The notes: generated by a model not told the origin, from the sequence alone. A DNA stretch of 64,000 nucleotides from Lama guanicoe (GCA_013239625.1 MU054212.1:4374270-4438269); one strand, 5' to 3'; positions 1 through 12,340 are shown, counted from the stretch's first letter. Program-made: numbers and translations.

Positions 1-721
1 CATGCTGCACACACTCTGTGTATTGCTCCCTTAATCCACAGCGGAGCCTTCACAATGTTTTGCATGTCAGAAGGGAGCGGGGCTGGGGGAGGGAAGAGTA
101 ACTTCAATAAATCGTTTGACACACGTAACTAGATGGCAGCCGTGAGCCTCAATGAAACAGTGAATGGAATCACCTTCGAGGACCTCCAAGGCTGATACTC
201 TCCAAGGCTACAGAATTCTTTGGCAGATGTATTACAGTGTCCCCCATAAGCTGCCCAGTCAGGGTTATTCATTTGTTCAATTATTTATGGGACTTAGTTT
301 TGATGTTCCACCTTAGAAGAGCTTCTTTTCTCTAGTGCCTGGCAAGGTCTTCTAAATATCTGGGGTTAGCTGAGGCTCAGCTTATAATTGGTCAAGAAGA
401 CAAATGAGGTCCTACAAATCTGAAAGAATTGTTCCACTTTCCCAAGTTTCCCCCATTAGCAGGTGTGGCACAGCCACTGAAGGGGGCACAGGCCAGGCAG
501 AGAAGCATGGTGACATGAAGATGGTTCCCCCTCCTCAACTGTATCATGTTTCCATTGTTGAGTTTAATCGGTTGGGGAAAATAAACTGTAAACCTTCATT
601 CTTCATAACCAGGGGAGCATTTCCCTGGAAATTTTCTCCATCTGATTTACTTATTTAAAAAAAGAACACCTGTTCCACTGAAATTCTGTGCACTAGAGGT
701 TCACGTGTTCATGTGGGAGTT

Positions 722-1082
722 TGTAGTACAGTTTACTAAATATTCCAGTTTTCCCTCCTTTTAGGCACATCAGAGGAGTGTACTCCTGGCTTTCTTGTGG
801 GTGACACAGCACGTGCCTGGATCTAGTCAACAAGGACTAAATTCAGTTGAATTGCTTATGTGACACCCTCCAAATTTCTTTTTTGTTTCTTCCAAGGACC
901 CAGCAAAGTTTCAGGTAGTGGCTCTTCCATCAGCCAGGGTCCTCCTCGAAGGGCAAACTGGACAGAGACCCCTAGTCAACCCACAATGACATGTATCACG
1001 AGTTATAGAACTTCGCTGTGTCAAGACACTGAGAATTGAGTTTGTAGTTACTTGTTCATGACCTCATTGATTTTAACTGATG
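722..1082 (+). mobile_element. MaLR LTR, old MLT1 (I/J/K-like)
   Basis: Starts TGTAGT..., ends with an MLT1-type tail (gctgtgtcaagacactgagaattgagtttgtagttac...taactgat). Recognised from recalled consensus; heavily diverged. Confidence 0.55.
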
Positions 1083-3307
1083 CCCCATGTACCTTGAACA
1101 TTTCAATACTTTTAAAAAGTTGCAATTTTATCCTCTAAAATACTTTAATAGAGCAACATTGCTCATTTTCTCAAATCTGAGTTCTGTAGAGACAGTTCCA
1201 ATTGTTAAATGTTTCCCTGCTCATAGATGAAAGATCAGGAGTTGAAAGGAGCTGTAGAGTTTATCCTGAACTTTGACAAGGCACAGTGACATTAAACATC
1301 AATCACATGGTAATTTGCAGTTATCACTGGGCTGTTATTGTGTCTTTATTAAAGACAAAAACTTGAAATACACGTGAGAAATCATTTTTGCATTCTAACA
1401 CCACTACGCTGGCGTGCTCAAAAATAAGCTTGGGAGTCGATAAATTCCACTGGGAAATAGTCATTAAAATACATGAGGACAGGCTGCTGGTTCAGGATTT
1501 TGACACAAGTTCACTTGTTTTTCTGTGTATCGCTGTGTTTCAGAGCATGTTAAATACGGCTTAATGCGTGCATGAGAGTCAGAGAACATGGACTTTTGAT
1601 CAGGTAGCTACTGATGGTCCTGCAGTTTTACCGCAATAGTTGATTCCACTGATGATGAAAATCACTCACTGGCGTCTCACTTCCTTTCGGTACAGGGAAG
1701 AGTAGAGTCCCCTGCAAGAGCCCTTCTCTATTATTAGTCTGAAAGCTCCCCAGTTACACCTCTATTTTAAAATCTTATCCACCTTACCTTCAATCCATTG
1801 TGGTTTTGGTTGAAGAAAGATATCAAAACAATTTCCATCACACCCTAAATGGAAGGAAAAAAAGTCCAGTCTTGAAACTTTATCTTTTTAAAGGTATTGT
1901 ACACTGTGAATCACACTTCTCTCCAGAACCTAAGTAATTCCCCTGGTTCTGTTAATGCCTGCTTTCCTGAGTCCAGTGGTAGTCAAATATCTTTCTCTCG
2001 TTAGACTTTAAAGGCTTCTTGTTGAGTCCAAAGTAGGGGCAAGGAGGCAGAGCAAATGAAGCTAAAAACCATCAGGTTTTATGGCACAGGAAATCGGTTC
2101 TAATTTGATATGGGAAAAGTTGGAGTACAGGGTTGAAAAGGGTAAGACACAATCACACAATGAAAAGCAAAGAGAATCCTGTTGGTTAAATTAATATTTA
2201 GAAATCCAACACACACATGGGTTTGGTACAGTTGCTGTAAAAGATTTTCTTATTTAATTTAATCATCTGAACATCAATTTTCTGAGCTCTTCTGGGGAAC
2301 TAGAGAGATGCCAGGCACAGTGAGGCCTTGTGAGGTGCTGACTCATGCGAGTCAAATCAGTGCATTGTTATGATTAATTTTTTGGAGAGAAGAGAAAAAA
2401 AAATACTAAGCTGAGGCTCTGACATTTCACTTTCCATGTGAGAGAGAGAAGCATATGTATTATCTTCATTTCATATAATTTTATAAAAGTCAGGTTCTGA
2501 ATCATTATAGGTGCCCACTGTGTTGGGAAAGGCAAAGTGGGGCAAGTTACGTGCTTTGTTAAAGGAATTTCAGAAAGACAAGACCTTGATTTATGGGGGA
2601 CTGAAAATGTAAAGATAATATTTCAAATCTTCCTTTTATGCAAAAGCAAAATCCTGGTAGGTCTTCTCGTTTCCGTGGCTACGGAACTCTGTTCTGTAAC
2701 TCACAGGGGTTGCTGTCATCCGAGGCAAGGCAGGCTGCGTTATGGCAAATCAAGCAGAGTGAAACTCGTCGTGATAGAAACGGCAGAGCTCGACGCAGAT
2801 TGCAGGGCTGTGGCTCACTTGCGTGCTCGAGGCAGGTTTACAGTGAGAGCCCCTCGGATCCATGGGCAACACGTGGGCTTTGAAGGCTTCTGCAGCAGAG
2901 TGTGTCTGGCGCTTCCTTTCAGGTCTCTCTGATCACATCTCAAGACATCCCTCACACCTTAAGATGTCCCCTTAAGATGGGATCTGGGAGCGACAGTGAG
3001 TGAATCCTGAGCTACTGAACAGATCGGGGCCTGTTAGACGTGGTGACTGGGATGAGCTGTTGTACTGTTGCCATGATGAGTGTTCTTCTGCCTCATGTAC
3101 ATTTATCTGTGGGAGACCTGGTCTTTCTTCTCTAATCGAAATAATCAGGCATTTGTTTGGGCCAATGGACCATGAATTCTAATGAGGTGGATCACTGTCA
3201 ATGTCCTGGAGTAAAGAAAACATGAATGAGAGACTCAATAAACCCAAGGTGATTGAGAAATAAGTATATTTAAAAAAAAATTGGAAACCACTGATAGCTG
3301 AGACTTT

Positions 3308-3787
3308 TAAGAAAGAAGGAAATCTTCCCATTTGTTACAACATGGACGGACCTGAAAAGCGTCATGCCTGGTGAAACAAGTCAGACAGAAAGACAAATAC
3401 ATATGATCTCTCGTATATGTAAAATCTCAAAACAAAACAAAACGAATACCTCACAGATACAGAGAACAGGTTAGTGGTTATGAGAGGCAGGGGCACAATA
3501 GGTGAAGGTCACCAGAAGGTACAAATTTTCAGTTAATTTTTTAGAAAGTCCTTAGGATGTAATGTAATGTGATTATGGTTAATAACACTGTATTGCATAT
3601 TTGAAAGTTGTTAAGAGAGTAATTATTAAAAGATGTAATCATAAGAAAAAAGTTGTAACTGTTTGTGGTATTGGACTTTAAGTAGACCTGTCATCTGGGT
3701 CACTTAACAATACACACAAAAATCAAATCATTAGGCTGTACAAGTGGAACTAACAATCTTACATGTCAACTGCATCTCATTTTAAAA
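3308..3787 (+). mobile_element. L1 3' end (L1MA9-like), 5'-truncated
   Basis: aagaaggaaatcttcccatttgttacaacatggacggacctg...gtgaaacaagtcagacagaaagacaaatac...acagatacagagaacag...aacactgtattgcatatttgaaagttgttaagagagta: canonical L1 ORF2-end/3'UTR text. Confidence 0.9.
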
Positions 3788-4111
3788 CATTTCATTTTGC
3801 CACAAAAGTAAAGGCCTTTTTTTCAGGGCGTAGTTGGAGCCCACAGGATACTCAGGTGACTTCAGGTGTGTAGAGGAGTGAGTGCAGGTCCTGATGAGGG
3901 ACTAGACCCGGGAGAGGAGACGATGGGCTGAGACGGGCTGAATGTCAGGGGCGGCTCAGGGACTGGCCTCATCATGCAGGAGGCACTGCACTGAGACCAC
4001 TCTTCCCACAAAAGTGATCTCGCTGGATCTCGGGAGATCTACGGGGTCCTAGCAGGGGAGTCGTTGTCTGAGAAATACCTGGGTGCCCCAGGTGCCAGAA
4101 GCCCCCATCCA

Positions 4112-4131
4112 AGACTCCTTATAAGGAGTCT
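4112..4131. promoter_or_regulatory. Perfect 20-bp palindrome with central CArG box (SRF site)
   Basis: AGACTCCTTATAAGGAGTCT is its own reverse complement; CCTTATAAGG (4117-4126) fits CC(A/T)6GG. The palindrome is certain; function is inferred. Confidence 0.5.
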
Positions 4132-5268
4132 GTCTTACACCACCTATCAGGCAAACCCTGATGCTGGTGGACAGCTCACTCCATTTCCCCCAATTCAGAG
4201 TCACAGTGCAGCCAAATGCTGGGAAGTGACCGCCAAGGCCAAACAGAGGAGGAAAGTGCACACTCTCCGGGCTGCAAATCTGGAGCCTCACGGGAGCCCG
4301 AGGAGCCCTGGCAGTCACGTGGGCTTCCAGCCAGGAACCCTGGGGCCCCAACCGGACCTCTGCTGAAGTCCAAGGCGGCAGCAACCCAAACGTGCTGTTC
4401 CGCCGCACAGCCTCGGGGTCAGCTGTTCCTCTCATCACCTGAGCGGAGTTTATAACCGCAGCATAACCTCATACATATCTTGAAAAATACAGAAATCAAC
4501 AATAGAAGTGGAAGGCTGCAACACCACGACCTGCACTGCGAGGCACTGGCTTTGGAAACTGGATTATATATAGGCAGTGAAAAAAAAAACAGCTACTGAT
4601 GTTGCACTGTGGGAAAACGTTTTGGAAAAAACTATTGCTTGTGATAAAGTAAAAGGTAGGTAATGTCCCTAATGAGCATAATACTATAGGTTAAAAAATA
4701 AGGGTAGGAAAAGAGACTGTAACATGAGTTAGTTTCTACTGGCTTTTTTTTTTTTAAAGATAATGCAATGAAGAAGTGATCTCAGAAAAAAGCAAACAAA
4801 AACAAAAAACAAAAAAAAGACTGGCCTGTTTACAACCAGGAATGAAAGAGCACTCTGACAGTTCAGAAATTCAGGGTTGAATGATGCTGCTGATTCTCAT
4901 CAAATCAGTACAGCATAAAACTGAGGGGCCGTTTGAGTGACAGCCTCAGACAAGGACAAAACCAAGACTCTGCTCACTGCACCCTCCACTAAAACACATG
5001 AATGAGTTCCATAGAACCCAGGGAAGCCTTTCAGGTGGCTCAAGAAACAAGGGGCCTGGGGAAGGGGGTTAGGGGATGTGACTCTCCCACAGAAACCTCA
5101 CAGGCTCAAGGTGGCCACAATTAAATCTAAAGCACGGGGCAAATGAGAGCTCACACATGGAAGAGATGACAAAAATCAACTGTTAAATATCCAACTATAC
5201 TGGTTATTTTACGTATTCTATTGTATAGATTATGTATCATTACCTTGTCTGCTACACTATTGGGTATT

Positions 5269-5302
5269 CTGTGTGTGTGTGTGCGCGCGTGTGTGCGTGC
5301 AC
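5269..5302. repeat. (TG)n/(CG)n alternating purine-pyrimidine microsatellite
   Basis: gtgtgtgtgtgtgtgcgcgcgtgtgtgcgtgcac. Confidence 0.9.
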
Positions 5303-6789
5303 ATACAGCAAGGCGTGGTCAGGTAGCATATCCTTCTGTTTCCTAGGTCTCTCAAACAGGAAGAGCTGTAGGCAGACCTGATGAAGAGACTGCCAGGCAC
5401 CCCTCAGAGACCTTGGTCTTTGAACGCCAAGCAGAGACGAAATGGGGCTATTGTGTTATTTTGCTGTGTCAGGGTAACAGAAGCAAATATTCAGGACTAG
5501 AAAGGACGACTCCACTGCCTACAATTTACTCAGCATTTTGATCATATAGAGTTACAGAACACAGGGTACCTGGAAGTGTTATCTAATGAAGAAAACAGAG
5601 CTCATTGTAAGGGTTTCTGTGATACAGGGTTTTTAAGCAATCAGTAATTTCAGAAAGACATCTGGATCAGTGGGTAATCTTCTCACCCACTTTGACACTA
5701 GATATAATATTCAGTTCCATTTCGCTTGTTTTCTGAATGCTCCCAATTTACTAACTGAAGGTCGTCTTGTTGGGTTCCAAGATTTCAACCCCGGATGACC
5801 TAATCACAAAAAGTCAATGATCAAGATCCAGGATTCTGAGAAATAGAGCCTTGAGCAATATAATGATGGGAGCTCTTAGTTTCTAAACAAACCGATGGCA
5901 GATTGCTCCACAACACTGTGAGCTTATTGAGACCACGTTTTTGTTGTGACACATTAAAGAGACAGTCTTCACATATAAGTGAATTTTAGATTAACTATAG
6001 TTTATGTAAATTGTGCCTCTTAGGTGGTCTTCCTGAAACGGAATTTGGCTTTGGCTTCCCCCTACAACTTGGAAACTGAACAGCTCAATTCACGTAAAGC
6101 TATTTGAGAATAATTCCAACAGGATATTTGCTAATTAACAGCATGCAAATGATCAGAGAAGGGATAGGTCAACATAATCAGAAGTGGCTCATGGAAAAAC
6201 TGAACCAAAAAGGATGAAAAAGAATCACATGGAATGGAAGAGACTCTATGGTTAACAAGAACATGAGTCAGGGCACGTGGCAGGCACGAGAATAGTAGAA
6301 GAACATTCTGGGGTTGCCAGCTGCCTAGGGCTAAAGAAGTATGTGGAGCACGCAAGAAAGATTAAATATTTACTGTCATAGGCTCACATTATTTTTGAAA
6401 AATTTCAGACTGGAAGAGAGCAACATAACAGGGTCTCAAATATATCTATCAGGGCAGTTACGACAACGTTATGTGTGGGAAGAATAAGCTGAAGTGCCTC
6501 TCGACCTCAACAGTGTGACAGTTATTTAAGCAGACAGTTATTTTTTCTAAATTCTTTCAGCAAGTATTTACATTCTGATTTATAGAGCCACAGGGCTGGG
6601 GGAGCATCAGTCACATAGAAGATAATATGGCCTATTACCCTATAGCTGTGCGGTATGGAAACCCTAATTCTAAATAAGAAGTGAGGATTGTTGGTATATG
6701 TTGGGGAGGGGTAAGGAACTGAGATGATGGAGGACATGAAACACAAGTAATAAAAATAATGGCTGATACATATGATGTACCAGAGACTC

Positions 6790-6965
6790 TGTTCATAGTT
6801 TCCACTGGTGAGGCAATGCTATGTATTACTCCCATTTTACAGATGACAAAACTGAAGCACAGAGAGATGAATTAACTTGCTCTAGTTCTCAAGCTAAGAA
6901 CTGTGGAGCTAGAACATAAAGCCACATCTATCAGATTCCAAATATACTTACTTTTAACCACCATC
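6790..6965 (-). mobile_element. MIR SINE
   Basis: cccattttacagatgacaaaactgaagcacagagagatgaattaacttgc = MIR core, antisense. Confidence 0.85.
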
Positions 6966-8989
6966 ACAGACTATTTTCCTAGTGTCTTAATCCTTTTTCA
7001 CCTGGTTTCAAGAAACAAGGCTAAGATATTTCTGAATTATTATCATGTGCTAATTATAGCTTCCATCGTGAAAAAGATTCTAGGTAATCCTTAATTATAA
7101 CTTTGATTTTTTGACTCTTTTTTTCTGGCTTTCTGGAACTTTGTCTAGAACACTAACTAATGACCATCCTATAGTGATGCTTTAATACACCTATATGGAA
7201 GTAATGCTATATTGCATAGCTCTATTTAATACTATAACTATTAAACTCATTCTTAATTGTCATTTACATTTCTGATGACAGGTCCTGTTAAAGGGTTTTT
7301 TTCAGGTTTTTTTTTTAAGTGCTCAAGTCAGATGGTTAATAAAAAACTGAATTGGGACTTGTAAATTATAGACTATTTTTTCTTATACAATATGCATCCA
7401 CTATATTACACGATCCAACATCACTCACTCCTCACCCTCCAAACTTCTAAGGTTAGCTCTCTGAAAGGTGTTCAGTGCTAGTGACCTCCCATAGGTGGCC
7501 TAGAATAAAGTTTGAAGAATCTGTTTCTTACCCATTTTTTAGGAGATTTGTGAATATTCTATAAGGTGATTGTTTGGCTACAATTGATATATAAAGACTA
7601 AAATATGTACATTGCAGTGTATATGTTACAATACATATACTATAATGTAGTGATGTAGATGTGACCAAGATATTTTTTTCACTTTCTTAGTTATGTTAAA
7701 CAACACACAGTTACAAATGTAAAATGTAGGGAGGACGTCATAGCTTCTAAGTGTTGTTTTGTTTTTAATTTTCTGAATTCTTATACACCCAAGCTTCCTA
7801 GTGCTTCATTCTTAAGCTCCAGAAAGTTGGTTTGGTTTTTACTACATTTCACGTTATTCCCGAATCCTCAAACCTTCTATGACTGCAATAAATTAAACAG
7901 TCACTTACATGAAATCATAGATTTTCCTCATGTACATTGAGGTCAGGGCCTGGAAATCATTTAATATTGATCAGATGTCCTATGATCATGTATTAATCTT
8001 TTTAAAATGATTTCAAATACAGTTGCTTTCTTATATCACTTATTGAATGTTACTTAGCTTCACACAACCCATTGCATTAAGACAGTTAAAGAAATGGAGT
8101 GGGAACTTTCCTGTGCTAGTTTATCCACTGTGAATCATCTGATCCCCAAAGTCCCTATAATAATATTTGAAATACCTGGAAGCTCTCCTTTTTGCTGTCA
8201 TTTCAGGCCCTACATGAGAACTGCTTTTGGATCACTCTGCAAATAAACGAGTTTGCCACATTCTCAGTCCCCGTCTTACAGGCAAGTCACTGAAACATCA
8301 CTCTATATTCGACTAAACTAGTCTATCTAGATTTATGGTAGGAGAAATAGACGGGCCAAGCAAAATGATCTATTCTTTTCCCTTTAGAGTGAATGCGAGT
8401 GCTCACGAAATCTTGCACACAAATGAGTAACCTAAGATTATATTACTCAATTATCAACTTAAGCCAGTAAGCAGATGATAAATCTATTATATTACTCAAT
8501 TTTAACTTCCTGTACAAATAATGATGTTTTGTTAGTAGCGTTTGACTTCATAGCTAACATTAGAAAAAGCTGCAGATCTTATTTGTTTATTTCAATCAAT
8601 TTTTCATTTGAGTTTTAAAAAATTCCCAGCTTTCGGAACACTGGAGATGACTCTCAGCGATTTACTCATACTTTGAAAAGGACACATTGTCTTTCTTAAT
8701 ATTTCTGACTCAGCCATCTCCTCTCAGCTTGACAAGAAGACACCTACCTCTCTTATTCATCAAGAGACCCTGGTCATTGATTCATTAGTCTCCACCCTAA
8801 GGCTATAATTCAAAGACGGAGAAGGAATAATTCTTAAAATACAGTAATTTGAAAGAAATTCTATAGATTTAATATGTATCAGCCTTAAAGGAAACAATAA
8901 TATATGCAGATGGGCATATATCCCCCCCACCTTTTTTTTTTTTTTTTTTTTGGCCAATGCAACCAGCTTGTGGCTTTCCTGCAGCTTTC

Positions 8990-9470
8990 ATCCGAAATGC
9001 ATTTAGTGTCGCCCGTGACCCGGCAATCCAGGTATCGTCCTATCAGGAGAGAGAAAAGCACCCGGCGGGCAGAGGTCACACGCGGCGCGGTGAGCGGTGT
9101 GCAGGCCTGGGCACCACCTGCAGGCGCCCGCGTCTGCTCCGTCGGACTCGGCTCCTAGTGCTCTTACCTTTCCAGAAGTGAGTTCTCCGGCCCCGGGACG
9201 CAGGCGGCCGACGCGGGTGGCCCGGGCCCAGCACCGCTTCTGGGTGACACTTAAGTGGCCGAGCTGGTCCTCTAAAAGCCCGAGCGCGGGAAGCGTGGCT
9301 GCCGCGGCCGCCCCGGGGGCCTGGGCGGCGCCGCACTGCTGCTCCCGCGCGAGGTCAGGCCGGCGCCGCCGCCGTGTCCAGGCGGCCGACCGCGCTCTGC
9401 TGGCCGGGCCGACGGGCTCCCCCTGCCACCGGGGAGACAGGGTCCGTCCCTCCCCGCCCAGGGTCCGGCA
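8990..9470. promoter_or_regulatory. CpG island / probable promoter
   Basis: About 480 bp of very GC-rich sequence dense in CpG (cgcggcgcgg, gccgcggccg, cggcgccgccgccg) in an otherwise CpG-depleted window. Confidence 0.9.
9168..9430 (-). other. Probable non-coding first exon of an unidentified minus-strand gene (5' end approximate)
   Basis: Minus strand reads ...ACTTCTGGAAAG|GTAAGAGC, a consensus donor with GT at 9167-9166, inside the CpG island. I saw no ATG in the minus-strand island sequence upstream of it. Confidence 0.5.
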
Positions 9471-9935
9471 TTTCTCTTTCTCTCGTTCTTTCTTTTTCTT
9501 TCTTTCTCTTTCTTTCTCTTTCTTTCTTCTTTCTTTCTTTTTCTTTCTTTCTTTATCTTTCTCTCGTTCTTTCTTTTTCTTTCTTTCTCTATCTTTTTCT
9601 TTTTCTTTCTCTTTCTTCTTTCTTTCTTTCTTTCTTTTTTTTTTTTTTTTTTTTTTTTTTTCTTTCTTTCTTTCTTTCTTTTTTTCTTNNNNNNNNNNNN
9701 NNNNNNNNNNNNNNNNNNNNNNNNNNNNNNNNNNNNNNNNNNNNNNNNNNNNNNNNNNNNNNNNNNNNNNNNNNNNNNNNNNNNNNNNNNNNNNNNNNNN
9801 NNNNNNNNNNNNNNNNNNNNNNNNNNNNNNNNNNNNNNNNNNNNNNNNNNNNNNNNNNNNNNNNNNNNNNNNNNTCTTTCTCTCGTTCTTTCTTTTTCTT
9901 TCTTTCTCTATCTTTTTCTTTTTCTTTCTCTTTCT

Positions 9936-10003
<68 letters not shown>

Positions 10004-10050
10004 ACCTGCCTTCCTTCCTTACTCTCTTTCTCTTTTTTTATTTTCCTTTT
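9471..10050. repeat. (CTTT)n/TC-rich polypyrimidine tract containing an assembly gap
   Basis: Almost pure C/T on the + strand; abuts the tail end of the antisense L1 at ~10050. Confidence 0.95.
9689..9874. other. Assembly gap (186 N)
   Basis: Run of n characters. Confidence 1.
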
Positions 10051-10655
10051 TTTAAATCAAAGTGTAGTTGTATTACAATGTGTTAGTGTACACCATGTTT
10101 CATATATATATATATATTCCTTTTCCTGTTCTTTTTCATTATAGTTTATTACAAGTTATTGAATATAGTTCTCTGTGCTATACAGTAGGACCTTGTTGTT
10201 TATCTATTTTATTGTTTTATATATATATACTTATTGAAGTATAGTCAGTTTATAATGTGTCAATTTCTGGTGTGCAGCACAATACTTCAGTCATATAGGA
10301 ACATACATATATTTGTTTTCATATTCTTTTTCACTGTAAGTTTCTATAAGATATTAAATATAGTTCCCTTATAGTTCTATAAGATATTAAATATAAACTT
10401 GTTTTTCTATTTTATGTATATTAGTTAGTATCTACAAATCTTGAACTCCCAATTTATCCCTTCCCATGCCCCCGGTAACCATAGTTTGTTTTCTGTTCTG
10501 TGAGTCTGTTTTGTAAATAAGTTCACTTGTCTTTTTTTTTTTTTTAAGATTCCACATATAGTAGCGTGTATCTGCACATCCAGAACTCCCAACTTACCCC
10601 TCTACCCGCCCCCCTTTCCCTTCCCCTCTGGTAACCGTAAGTTTATTTTCTGTTA
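10050..10655 (-). mobile_element. Two nested antisense L1 3' ends (cetartiodactyl-like 3'UTR)
   Basis: Host copy 10050-10212 (atattgaatatagttctctgtgctatacagtaggaccttgttgtttatctatttt-like) resumes at ~10561 (gtagcgtgtatctg...ggtaaccgtaagtttattttctg). A second 3' end (ttattgaagtatagtcagtt...agattccacatata) lies between. Confidence 0.8.
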
Positions 10656-11174
10656 TAGACTGATAATTTTTTCTCCTTTCTTTACATTTTGTATAACTTC
10701 CCCCTCCTTACAGTTCTAATCAGGACTAGAAAAATAATGTGTGGGTAAACTGGGGACATATACGTTTGGATTAGGGTGGGAGCCAGTAATTCATGATACA
10801 CCTTCTCCTAGTTCGATCCTGATATTCATAACAAATGAAAAACCTTCATGCTATGAAAATTAACTTTGATAGACGTCCTACTGCCAAACCCTGCCAAGAA
10901 TTTTCCACATTATAAAACCAGTGGAGTTCAAAGACGAATTAAAGCCATGATTCTTAATGACACGTGCACCGCTACGTTGGGGAGAACCAGCCCACTGGCC
11001 AGAAGGATGGAGGGAGAAGCTTCCTTCCTTCCCCCACGGGCTGCAGTCTGGGGCACAAACCGTGGCTCTGCATGCAAAAGAAAAGTGAGGAGCCATTTCT
11101 CCATTGTACCTGTATTTATTTTGATGAAAGAAGAATTATTTATTTGTTGTTACTGTTTTCCTACTCTCCTCCAT

Positions 11175-11200
11175 ACACACACACACACACACACACACAC
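11175..11200. repeat. (CA)n microsatellite
   Basis: acacacacacacacacacacacacac. Confidence 0.95.
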
Positions 11201-11239
11201 CCCTTTTCCCAAAACATAACAACAGAAAATCCTTCAAAA

Positions 11240-11900
11240 TTGTTAGGGAGAATGGTAAGCCTTTACAATAACCTACCTGAGAGTATGAGCGATTTGACAA
11301 TGAGAACAGCAGTGGCATTAGAGAGAAGTGAGCTTGGCACTTGAATGGATGTAATTGTTGCAAGAGATAAGCAGGTCAAGAATAATTCCTAGTTTTCTAA
11401 AGAGCTATTGGGTACCTGGTGGAACAATTTGCAGAACTGGGAAAGCTGGAGGAGGAAGAGGAAGGAAGAGGAGGAGGTTTGGGGAAAGGATCATATGTTA
11501 CTTGATTGGCAATGTCCCATTTGAGGTGTCTTTGTCTAGGAAATATACAGGTTAAGTCTTGAGTAGGGACACAAGGGTCTGGGGGCAAACGACAAGAGGA
11601 AGGGACTAGAGGCAATGAGTTGGTAATGGTCAGTAAACAGATAGTAGTCAAAGCTAAGTGAGTACCTGAAGCTGAAAGAAATTATAGCGTGAGAGGAAAA
11701 TAAACTGCGAATCACGTCTTGAATAAATCAGTATTTAATGGTTGAGTGGACAAGGAGAAATCACCAAAGGAGGCTGAGGAAAATAAGGAAAAGGTAGGAG
11801 GAAAATTTTTAGAAAGTTGGGGAAGTTACAGAAGAAACGATCTGAGTTTCACAAAAGAGCAAATGTTTAGGAGTGAAGCCACCCAAGAGTGTAATCTGTG
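11240..11900 (-). mobile_element. L2 LINE fragment
   Basis: Purine-rich degenerate antisense L2 text (gcagtggcattagagagaag...tcaagaataattcctagttttct...tttgaggtgtct...aaggaggctgagga). Confidence 0.6.
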
Positions 11901-12129
11901 TGGTGGCTGGCTGAGTAAGACATATCATGAAGTAGTTTAGCAGGATCTTATAAGTTATAATCAAAATAAATAGCTACATGTTCTCTGAATATCAGAGTAG
12001 GAGCATGAATAAATTTTGGAATCCTGTTACATGCATGCAATTCTTAAATTATGGGAAAATTGCTTGAGTAGTAGATATTTTTATTTGGTAACCAAATTGA
12101 TCTATTTATTTTAAAAGATCAAGAAGCGT

Positions 12130-12340
12130 AATAGCGACCATTTACTGGACACCTGTTACTCACTGTATTTCTCGTGTTTAAAAAGCTGTCAATATTATTA
12201 TATTCATTTATAGCTAAGTGAACTGAGACTTAAACAGTTTTCAGAAACTTGACACACGATCATACAGCTAGTTCATGGCAAGCTAGAATCAAATCTAGAT
12301 CTGGGATCCCTTTGTCCAAAAATTCAAGCTATTTGTATTA
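12130..12340 (-). mobile_element. MIR SINE
   Basis: aatagcgaccatttactggacacctgtta...ttatagctaagtgaactgagactt...acttgacacacgatcatacagctagttcatggcaagctagaatcaaa. Confidence 0.7.

Noticed and set aside
127..140. CTCF-like AACTAGATGGCAGC
   Set aside because: Lacks the 5' CC of the core; too weak without data.
2537..3182. Overlapping plus-strand ORFs of 60-131 aa
   Set aside because: No recognisable protein; the minus-strand ATG frame I translated here (from ~3074) also stops early.
9076..9336. Arg/Pro/Gly-rich 86-aa minus-strand ORF in the CpG island
   Set aside because: Non-ATG start, composition explained by GC content, and it reads through the splice donor.
9097..10144. Longest ORFs (329 and 256 aa)
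   Set aside because: They run through the GC-rich island, the (CTTT)n tract and the N gap; the F/S/L-rich translation is a low-complexity artefact.
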